In this document: positions 1-6,904 of the stretch, piece after piece | How the letters are laid out: every line of letters starts with the position of its first letter | How positions within the stretch are numbered: the stretch's first letter is position 1 | Source: Candidatus Zixiibacteriota bacterium | Lineage (GTDB): Bacteria > Zixibacteria > MSB-5A5 > GN15 > FEB-12 | NCBI GenBank assembly: GCA_041742355.1 | Contig: JBGSIV010000147.1 | Coordinates: 1-17,759, forward strand | Reading direction: 5' to 3' | DNA: 17,759 nt | The notes under the pieces: generated by a model | The model's database searches: none | What the model was told of the DNA's origin: nothing | What the model saw: only the letters and a program-made list of their open reading frames with translations | Program-made: the position numbers and the translations under genes

Positions 1-1
1 G

Positions 2-460
2 ACCTTCGAGTGGCAAACAGCCATCGACGGGGACATCGCCGATGGCGTGTCGTACGTCGTCTGGGTGTCGACCGATTCCCTGTTCGGGATTTACACCGCG
101 ACCGAGACCGACGACACCGTGCTTGCTCTCTTCGATCCGCTGGCGATGGGCGCGACCTACTACTGGAAAGTGAAAGCCGTGGATCTCTTCGGCGGCACGA
201 CCTGGTCGAGCGAAACCTACCGCGTGGTTACGCCAACGCTGACCTGCTGCCTCAGACGCGGAGATTTCGACCGCAACGGCGGGATCAGCGTATCCGACGT
301 CACCAGCATGGTGAATTTCCTGTTCAAGGGAGGCCCGGCGGCGGTGTGTGACGAAGAGGCGGACGTGGATTATTCCGGCGGGATCTCGGTATCGGACCTG
401 ACCTTCCTTGTGAACTACGTGTTCAAGGGAGGCTTGGTGCCGCCGGCTTGTCCGTCGTGA
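2..460 (+). CDS. 3' end of a probable secreted protein: FN3-like beta domain followed by a C-terminal dockerin-like (double EF-hand) domain; 5' truncated
   Basis: Frame is open from base 2 (TFEWQTAIDGDIADGVSYVVW...), so the ORF-track start at 47 is not the true start. FN3-like signature 'TYYWKVKAVD'. Two Ca-binding dockerin repeats, RGDFDRNGGISVSDVTSMVNFLFKGG and ADVDYSGGISVSDLTFLVNYVFKGG. Stop TGA at 458-460. Confidence 0.88.
   Translation, partial: TFEWQTAIDGDIADGVSYVVWVSTDSLFGIYTATETDDTVLALFDPLAMGATYYWKVKAVDLFGGTTWSSETYRVVTPTLTCCLRRGDFDRNGGISVSDVTSMVNFLFKGGPAAVCDEEADVDYSGGISVSDLTFLVNYVFKGGLVPPACPS
278..433 (+). repeat. Internal duplication encoding the two dockerin repeats (99-nt period)
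   Basis: ggcgggatc at 278 and 377; exact 14-mer tgttcaagggaggc at 321-334 and 420-433. Confidence 0.85.
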
Positions 461-484
461 CCCCAGATTCGTAAATGATCGTTC

Positions 485-518
485 AACGGGGCAGGTTTCC
501 AACGGAATCTGCCCCGTT
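485..518. terminator. Hairpin, probably a terminator serving the convergent dockerin-protein and EIIA genes
   Basis: aacggggcag (485-494) pairs perfectly with ctgccccgtt (509-518), extended by ttcc/ggaa. It lies between stop codons at 460 and 547. U-tails are short. Confidence 0.65.
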
Positions 519-546
519 CGCTTCTGTGGCGGCGAATGGGGGTTAT

Positions 547-1047
547 TTATTCCATCGAGCGGATGATGCGGAGGATCTCGCCGGGATACTGGGCGTCGAG
601 CAGCTCTTGGCGGAAGGAATCGTACTGCAGCGTTTCGGCGAGCGCTTTGAAGACTTTCAGGTAGAGGTTGTCGTCGTAGGGCGGGGAGGCCATGACGAAA
701 AAGAGCTTCACCGGCTCGCCGTCGGGGGCGCCGAAATCATATCCCGCGCTCGAGCGGGCGAACGCCATCATGAATTCGGTGGCCTGCATGGAGCGAATGT
801 GGGGAAAAGCGATGCCGTGGCCGATCGCGGTGCCGGCTTTCTTCTCGCGGTTGACGAAGTCGATGAGAAGCTTGTTGCGGTTGCCGACGCGGTGGGTCTC
901 ATCGAGCAAATCGACAAGTTCGAGCAGGATGAGCGACTTGGCCTGTTCGCGCCAGCGATCAACCGACTGGCCCTCCTCGGGCGGGTCGATGACCGTTTCC
1001 ATCTCGAGCTTAACCGCTCCTTCGTTCAGATACCGCGAAATATTCAT
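547..1047 (-). CDS. Stand-alone PTS EIIA component (PTS_EIIA_2, fructose/mannitol/Ntr family; PtsN-like)
   Basis: Motifs 'REKKAGTAIGHGIAFPH' (phospho-His), 'DFGAPDGEPVKLFF' and 'YLKVFKALA'; 166 aa. Confidence 0.92.
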   Translation of the reverse strand: MNISRYLNEGAVKLEMETVIDPPEEGQSVDRWREQAKSLILLELVDLLDETHRVGNRNKLLIDFVNREKKAGTAIGHGIAFPHIRSMQATEFMMAFARSSAGYDFGAPDGEPVKLFFVMASPPYDDNLYLKVFKALAETLQYDSFRQELLDAQYPGEILRIIRSME

Positions 1048-1088
1048 ACTAATGCTATCGGCTGCAACCGCTTAAGCCTAAAGCCCGA

Positions 1089-1118
1089 AGTATAGTGGTA
1101 ACGGTCTCCGTTTGTCAA
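1089..1118 (-). promoter_or_regulatory. sigma70-type promoter for the EIIA gene
   Basis: Minus strand TTGACA-N18-TATACT, about 40 nt upstream of the ATG at 1047. The spacer contains the inverted repeat AACGG-N3-CCGTT. Confidence 0.65.
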
Positions 1119-1242
1119 CAGAAGATCGCCATTGATTCTGCGCCGCACCCGAATCAGATTTGCCTCCGGAAGCGAAAGGACGTTTCTTCCCAACAGGGGA
1201 TACACCGTACTTCGTTGTGGAAGAAAGAACCTGGGAGCATTT

Positions 1243-2142
1243 ATGGTACACCGACTGAGTCTGCTGCTGCTCGTTGCGGGCCTCCTTTCGATTGCTGTGG
1301 GGGCATGCGACGATGATATCGTGGAACCCGAGCCGTCGGGAGATTCGCCCGTCACCCCGCGCGAGAACGCCGAGGCGGAGCTGGCCGCGGAATGGTTGTC
1401 GGGCAAGGTGCTGGCGCCAACGGCGCTGTACAACGAGGTACTCGCCGATTTCGCGGCGATACGAACAGAGCACGCCGATTCGGTCGAGGACGTCGCGATC
1501 GCGTTCGCACCGTATTGGGTTCCGAGCACGCTCCTCCTGTCGTTCCAACCGGCGACATTTGCGGGAATCGAAAGTGGCACCTATGCGGCCTGGGCAGAAC
1601 TGAACGACCGATACCGGGTGGTTGACATGGAGACATTTCCCGACTACCAGCTGGTGCGGTTGGTGTTCCACGGGAGGCTGAATCCGAATCCGCTGGTCGA
1701 TGAATATGCCGGGTTGCCGGGGCTGGTGTACGTCACGCCCGCAGTGTACCCGGGGGATCGGCCACTTGTGTTGATCGCGGCCGATGAATTGCCGAGGATC
1801 TACATGTTCCGGGATGCGTCGGGCGGGTGCAACGCGGCGTGCACGGTATCAGAGGTGTCGTACTTCACGGTGCAGTCGGATGGACCGAGGTTTGACGGAA
1901 TCGAGACCTATGTCGGCACGACCGATACGAGCGGGGTGCGGTGGGAGCTGTTTCGGCGCAGCCTTGAGGAATTCCACACGCTGAACCAGTGGCCGCCGCT
2001 CACAGCGCCTTCGGCGCACGAGGTCTCGCGCCTGGCGGCCGAAGCAACGGTCAGTTTGGTTCGACCGGCTCTCTCCGGCGCTTCTCTTCCCGCAGCCGCA
2101 AGGAATCCTGCCATGTCCCCAGGTCGCTCCGATCGGCGGTGA
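1243..2142 (+). CDS. Putative lipoprotein of unknown function
   Basis: GGGAG RBS at 1233-1237, ATG at 1243, signal peptide MVHRLSLLLLVAGLLSIAVGA|CDDD with a lipobox, and a CxxxC motif (GGCNAACT). The ORF-track start at 1132 is probably too early. The 3' end overlaps the convergent gene. Confidence 0.75.
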   Translation: MVHRLSLLLLVAGLLSIAVGACDDDIVEPEPSGDSPVTPRENAEAELAAEWLSGKVLAPTALYNEVLADFAAIRTEHADSVEDVAIAFAPYWVPSTLLLSFQPATFAGIESGTYAAWAELNDRYRVVDMETFPDYQLVRLVFHGRLNPNPLVDEYAGLPGLVYVTPAVYPGDRPLVLIAADELPRIYMFRDASGGCNAACTVSEVSYFTVQSDGPRFDGIETYVGTTDTSGVRWELFRRSLEEFHTLNQWPPLTAPSAHEVSRLAAEATVSLVRPALSGASLPAAARNPAMSPGRSDRR

Positions 2143-3247
2143 ATCGCACGGCATCTTTCGGGCAGACATCGATACATGCACCGCAGGCGAAACAGTCGGG
2201 GATCACCGATTTCTCCTTTTTCAGAATGGCCTCCATGACTGTCGACGGGCACGATCGTGCGCACAGATTGCAGGCGTCGCACTTGCGGTAGTCGACTTTG
2301 ATCCGGAACACCGCCAACTTCTCGAAGACCCATGACACCAATCCGAACGGGCAGGCGAAGTGGCACCAGGGGCGGTAGACAAAGAGCGAGGCGACCAAAA
2401 CGATCGCGACGAAGCCGATTCCCAGAAGAGTCATCACCGCCGGATTGAAGATCTTGAAGGGGTCGACCAAACCAATCAGATCCACCGCCCAAAGGGAGGC
2501 AACCAGGGAGAAGATCACGAAGACGCTCACGCGGATACCGTTGCTGAGCCAGAACGGGGCCTTGTACTGGCGGAGAATCCCTTTGCGGTCGAACCTTCCC
2601 CGATTGAGGCGGAAGAGAAACTCCTGCAGCAGGCCGAACTGGCAGCCGTACGAGCAGATGAATTTGTTGGCCAGGACAACCGTGAGCAGGAAGGCTATGA
2701 GAGCGACAATCCGCGGCATGAAGACAGTCTGGTGGGCGGCGATGAGGTAGACGGCATCCTTGACCGTGCCCATCGGGCTCGGATCGGCCCCGAGGGCGAC
2801 GCCGAAAATCAAGACCGCTGCCCCCGCAAGCAGGAGCCGACTGTGCGGTGTCATGCGGCGTCGGAGCAGCATCACAAACGCCAGCGGCAGGAACAGGAAC
2901 CAGAGGAGGAACTTGAGCGCTATCTTCCGCCAGTTTTTTGATTGCTCCTCCTGATACTTGATGACCGCGGAGCGGAGGCGATCACCCGCCTGTGTGGGCG
3001 AGAGGCCGAGATCGGAGAGCGGGCTGTCGACCCGCGAGGAGTCGATTCCCAAAGCACGCAGGACGACAGCGGGCGGGAGATCGAACCGGGTGATGAGATC
3101 GGCAGGGGTCTGTTCCGCACTGATCTGCGACACGTCGGGAAGGTCGATCTTCTCCGGACGGTCCCCCCAAAGGGACGCGGAGAGGAGGGACGCGCCGATC
3201 ACGAAGCTGATAGTGAGGGCGGCAAAGGCGATGAGGCGTAGTTTCAC
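2051..3247 (-). CDS. Membrane-bound 4Fe-4S binding protein (NapH/MauN/YccM-like ferredoxin-type)
   Basis: Several TM segments; CSYGCQFG and YRPWCHFACPFG (CxxxCP-type) motifs; two ferredoxin motifs, CDACNLCARSCP and CFACGACIDVCP. GTG start preceded by GGAG. Confidence 0.88.
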   Translation of the reverse strand: MKLRLIAFAALTISFVIGASLLSASLWGDRPEKIDLPDVSQISAEQTPADLITRFDLPPAVVLRALGIDSSRVDSPLSDLGLSPTQAGDRLRSAVIKYQEEQSKNWRKIALKFLLWFLFLPLAFVMLLRRRMTPHSRLLLAGAAVLIFGVALGADPSPMGTVKDAVYLIAAHQTVFMPRIVALIAFLLTVVLANKFICSYGCQFGLLQEFLFRLNRGRFDRKGILRQYKAPFWLSNGIRVSVFVIFSLVASLWAVDLIGLVDPFKIFNPAVMTLLGIGFVAIVLVASLFVYRPWCHFACPFGLVSWVFEKLAVFRIKVDYRKCDACNLCARSCPSTVMEAILKKEKSVIPDCFACGACIDVCPKDAVRFTADRSDLGTWQDSLRLREEKRRREPVEPN

Positions 3248-3406
3248 GAGTTTCTCCGGTTCGAGGGTGTCGCCGCGGTTTCGGGGTGGAGGCGACCGTT
3301 GCAGATTAGATCGCCGGGGGAACGTTTCGATTCACCCGAATCGCCACCTGCCGTCCGTCAGATTCTGTCCGGCCCCGTGTACAGCCGGTCCTGCCGCATA
3401 AACAGT

Positions 3407-3455
3407 CGGCGCCGGAGGTCCGGCGCCGTCGAGGGATTCAAAAGCCGTTTCGGCT
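3407..3455 (-). terminator. Two hairpins downstream of the serpin gene (putative intrinsic terminator)
   Basis: Minus strand AGCCG-AAA-CGGCT-TTT (3440-3455), then a perfect 9-bp stem CGGCGCCGG-N4-CCGGCGCCG (3407-3428) followed by ACTGTTTAT. Confidence 0.55.
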
Positions 3456-3464
3456 GGTCGCCAA

Positions 3465-4757
3465 TCAATTCTCCAGGTTCGGGTTAACGACCTTGCCGAC
3501 GAAGAGGATCGCGCCGGATTCGACTTCGTGAATAACGAAGACGAAGGGGCGGTTGACGATCATCGCCGGAGGCATGGAGTCCACGAAGATCACGACCGTT
3601 ACCGCGGCTGCCTCGGTCCCCTTTTCATCCACCTGTACAAACGTCTTGTGCTTGACCTCGTCGATCCATCCCACGCCATCGACAAAGAGGTTGCCGAAAT
3701 CAGCTTGCCCGGGGTCGAAGGCGGCCGGCATGCCCATCGCAACGAGGATGTCATTGAGGCGCGTTTCGAACTCGAACTTGAATTTTGGCATCTGCAACCA
3801 GAATCGGGATTGGGTCGGCAGCTCCTGCCAGGCGGTCCAGTTGTCCAGCGTGAGTTGCTCGATCAGGTCATCGGCGGTGAGCGATGGCTCGGGCAGGAGG
3901 ATAGTCATGCGGAAACCCTCTTTGCCGTACGGCAGGCGTGCACCCTGGAAGAGATCATTCGCGAAGTAGACGATGGGGCGCTCTTCGAAATCGTCGCCAA
4001 AAATCTGGTCGTCCTCCTCTGTGTCTCGGGACATCATCTGGCAGACCACCTCGGACCCGTCGCCCGGAAAGAAAGGCGCCGCCCTGGTGTTGTCCGTGTC
4101 GAAGGGATAGGACCAGTCAGCCTTCAGGTAGAGGGCGTTCAGGAGCAGCGCGGCGATATCGCCGGAGATAGGGGCCTTAATGACTTCCTTGATCTTTCCG
4201 TTAGTGTTGTCCTTCACCCACCTGTTGATCGTGTCGGCCGCTCCGGGAGCCTGGAAATCGATCTCCTCGACCCGGGCGTTGAAGTAAGCCTTGCAGGCAG
4301 CGACGAACTGCGGCTGGATCTGTTTGCCAAGCCGGCTCCAGAAGGAGTTGGCGATCCTAAAGGTCACGGCCGGGTCGGCGCCGGTGAGAATACTGGTGAG
4401 ACCGAAGTACGCCTGGTTGGCCTCCTCCAGTGAGAAATCCGAGACCTTGAGAGTGGCTGCGATCTGGTCGCGGGTCGGGCCGTTGGCTCCGTTGAGCGTG
4501 ATGCCGAGGGCATAGGAGACCGACAGCGGCGAAACGAAGACGTTCTTGGCCGGCTGAGCGTCGGCGTTCACTTTCTGGAAGAGGTCGAGACTGAAGCTGT
4601 TGACTGAGGTGATGAGAGATTTTTCGTCGGTGGTCAGATCCGCGATCGTGCGGTTTACGATCGGCTGGGGATCCGGCCCGGTCGGCTCAAGGCTGTCCGA
4701 GCACTGCAGGCAGGCGGCAGCCACAATCAGGAGCACAAGAGCGGTTAGGCGACGCAT
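3465..4757 (-). CDS. Serpin family protease inhibitor, probable lipoprotein (430 aa)
   Basis: GGAGG RBS then ATG at 4757; signal peptide MRRLTALVLLIVAAACLQC. Serpin motifs NVFVSPLSVSYAL, INRWVKDNTNGKI, LLNALYLKADW, MPKFKFE, hinge DEKGTEAAAVT and NRPFVFVI...ILFVGKV. The ORF-track extension to 5156 overlaps aspS and is spurious. Confidence 0.95.
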   Translation of the reverse strand: MRRLTALVLLIVAAACLQCSDSLEPTGPDPQPIVNRTIADLTTDEKSLITSVNSFSLDLFQKVNADAQPAKNVFVSPLSVSYALGITLNGANGPTRDQIAATLKVSDFSLEEANQAYFGLTSILTGADPAVTFRIANSFWSRLGKQIQPQFVAACKAYFNARVEEIDFQAPGAADTINRWVKDNTNGKIKEVIKAPISGDIAALLLNALYLKADWSYPFDTDNTRAAPFFPGDGSEVVCQMMSRDTEEDDQIFGDDFEERPIVYFANDLFQGARLPYGKEGFRMTILLPEPSLTADDLIEQLTLDNWTAWQELPTQSRFWLQMPKFKFEFETRLNDILVAMGMPAAFDPGQADFGNLFVDGVGWIDEVKHKTFVQVDEKGTEAAAVTVVIFVDSMPPAMIVNRPFVFVIHEVESGAILFVGKVVNPNLEN

Positions 4758-4800
4758 AGGATCCTCCCGGACTTCGTGATACAATTGCATCGTATGCTGT

Positions 4801-4829
4801 ATAATAGCCTTTATGGGCATGGTGAGCAA
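4801..4829 (-). promoter_or_regulatory. Putative sigma70 promoter of the serpin gene
   Basis: Minus strand TTGCTC-N17-TATTAT, about 45 nt upstream of the ATG, in an AT-rich patch. Confidence 0.5.
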
Positions 4830-4944
4830 TGTTTTAGTCCGATTCAAGCGGCCGCACCCGCTCAATTGACGGCCGCCCAGTCGGGATTGTGCAGTGGCTG
4901 GCTCAGACGGGAGGCGGTCAGACCCCGGACGGCTCCGGCTGTCC

Positions 4945-4973
4945 TTGACATTCGGATCCGCATGGCGTACTTT
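4945..4973 (+). promoter_or_regulatory. sigma70-type promoter of the aspS operon
   Basis: TTGACA-N17-TACTTT, about 90 nt upstream of the aspS GTG. Confidence 0.65.
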
Positions 4974-5061
4974 CCCCCTGCACGAATACGGCGCCGTCGG
5001 CCTGAACCCCACGCGGGTTGATGCCGATAAATATGTAAACAGCAAGGAGTTAATTCCTTTC

Positions 5062-6891
5062 GTGGCAAAATTCTCGGAACTTAAGCGGACGCATACCTGT
5101 GGTGAATTGCGGACGGCCCAGGTCGGCCAGACGGTTCGCCTCAACGGCTGGGTCAACAGCTACCGGAATCTGGGCGGGTTGTTCTTCATGGATCTGCGCG
5201 ACCGGTACGGTCTGACGCAGGTGGTGATCAACCCGGAGACCTTCGACAAGCAGATGCTCGCGGAGGCCGAACGGGCGCGGCACGAGTTCGTCGTCGCGGT
5301 CGTGGGGACAGTGCAGCGGCGCCCGGAAGGAATGGTCAACGTGCGGATTCCGACCGGCGAAATCGAAGTGATCGCGGAGGAGTTCCACATCCTCGCCGAA
5401 TCGAAGACGCCGCCGTTTGAAATAGAAGATGAGACTAATGCCGCCGAGAAGTTGCGGCTGGAATACCGGTTCCTGGATCTGCGTCGCGGCCCGTTACAGG
5501 AGCGGATCCGGTTCCGCCACGAAACGGTAATCGCGGTGCGCAAGTACATGAGCGCTCACAGTTTCTTCGAGATCGAGACGCCACTGCTGATCCGCTCGAC
5601 GCCGGAAGGGGCGCGGGACTATGTCGTCCCGAGTCGGATTCACCACGGCAAGTTCTACGCGCTGCCGCAGTCGCCGCAGTTGTTCAAGCAGATCCTCATG
5701 GTGTCCGGGTTCGACAAGTATTTCCAGATCGCCCGATGCCTCCGCGACGAGGATCTCCGCAGCGACCGCCAGCCCGAGCATACCCAGATCGACGTCGAGA
5801 TGTCCTTTGTCACGCCGGACGACGTGTTTCAGGTGATCGAGGGGTTGATGGCGGATGTGTTCAAGACGATGCTCGGAGCCGAGATCGAAACACCCTTCCC
5901 GCGGTTCACCCATGCCGAGGCGATGCGCCGCTGGGGAATCGACAAGCCGGACCTGCGGTTCGGAATGGAGATTGTCGACCTGACCGAGACCGTGCGCGGC
6001 TGCGGGTTCAAGGTGTTCACCGACACGATTGCGGCCGGCGGCGTGGTCAAGGGGATCGTGCTGAAAGGCGGGGCGAACTACTCGCGCAAGCAGATCGACG
6101 GCCTCACCGACATGGCGAAGCAGCTGGGCGCCGGCGGGCTGGCCTATGTCCTGCTGGCCGAAGACGGCGTCAAATCACCGATTCTGAAGTTCCTCGGCGA
6201 CGAGACGACGGCGGCAGTGTGCGCCGCGGCCGACGCCGGGAAAGGGGACGCCCTCTTTATCGTCTCGGATAAGCCGATGAAGACCGAGTCGATCCTCGGG
6301 CAGTTGCGCCTGCACCTGGGGCGGACGCACAACCTGATTGATCGGAGCCAATGGAAGTTTCTGTGGATCGTGAACTTCCCGCTGTTTGAATACGACGAAG
6401 CGACCGGGTCCATGCAGGCGGCCCACAATATTGTCTCGCATCCGATGGAAGAGGATGTGGCGCTGATCGATGAGGGGTTCACGACTTCCATCCCGGTGGC
6501 CGACCCGGGCCATCCGTGGCGGCGCGCCCGGGCGACGCAGTACGACACGGTCCTCAACGGTTGGGAAATGGCTTCCGGCGGACAGCGAATCAACCGCCGG
6601 GAACTGCAGCAGCGTATCCTCAATATACTCGGTATCGACGATGAGCGGGCCGAGCGTATGTTCGGCTTTCTGCTGCGGGCGCTGGAGTACGGCGCGCCGC
6701 CGCACGCGGGGATCGCGGTCGGCCTGGACCGCCTGGTGGCGTTCATGACGCAGACCGAGTCGATCCGCGACGTGATCGCATTCCCGAAGACGACCAACGC
6801 GATGTCCCTGATGGATGGGTCGCCGGCGGAAATCGACCAGCGGCAACTGGAGGAACTGGGTCTCATACTGAAGGAGGACGGGCAGGCGTGA
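5062..6891 (+). CDS. aspS: Aspartate--tRNA ligase (bacterial type, with GAD insertion domain)
   Basis: AAGGAG RBS at 5044-5049, GTG at 5062. Motifs KRTHTCGELR, FMDLRDRYG, STPEGARDY, FYALPQSPQLFKQILM, RCLRDEDLRSDRQPE and YGAPPHAGIAVGLDR...IRDVIAFPKT. Confidence 0.97.
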   Translation: MAKFSELKRTHTCGELRTAQVGQTVRLNGWVNSYRNLGGLFFMDLRDRYGLTQVVINPETFDKQMLAEAERARHEFVVAVVGTVQRRPEGMVNVRIPTGEIEVIAEEFHILAESKTPPFEIEDETNAAEKLRLEYRFLDLRRGPLQERIRFRHETVIAVRKYMSAHSFFEIETPLLIRSTPEGARDYVVPSRIHHGKFYALPQSPQLFKQILMVSGFDKYFQIARCLRDEDLRSDRQPEHTQIDVEMSFVTPDDVFQVIEGLMADVFKTMLGAEIETPFPRFTHAEAMRRWGIDKPDLRFGMEIVDLTETVRGCGFKVFTDTIAAGGVVKGIVLKGGANYSRKQIDGLTDMAKQLGAGGLAYVLLAEDGVKSPILKFLGDETTAAVCAAADAGKGDALFIVSDKPMKTESILGQLRLHLGRTHNLIDRSQWKFLWIVNFPLFEYDEATGSMQAAHNIVSHPMEEDVALIDEGFTTSIPVADPGHPWRRARATQYDTVLNGWEMASGGQRINRRELQQRILNILGIDDERAERMFGFLLRALEYGAPPHAGIAVGLDRLVAFMTQTESIRDVIAFPKTTNAMSLMDGSPAEIDQRQLEELGLILKEDGQA

Positions 6892-6904
6892 CAGTGCGCC
6901 GGCT

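Noticed and set aside
278..433. Direct repeat as a CRISPR or mobile-element end
   Set aside because: Only two copies, in frame, and fully explained by the dockerin duplication.
3248..3464. Riboswitch/ncRNA or ECF promoter in the 217-nt gap before the 4Fe-4S gene
   Set aside because: No recognisable Rfam consensus. The hairpins are explained as terminators. A GAATCG-N17-TCTAA ECF-like match on the minus strand is too weak to call.
4974..5061. T-box riboswitch upstream of aspS
   Set aside because: The leader is only about 80 nt, with no AGGGTGGNACCGCG T-box and no terminator/antiterminator.
4758..5156. N-terminal extensions of the serpin (to 5156) and aspS (from 4894) in the ORF track
   Set aside because: Strong RBS-linked starts exist at 4757 and 5062. 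The extensions overlap each other and the promoter region.
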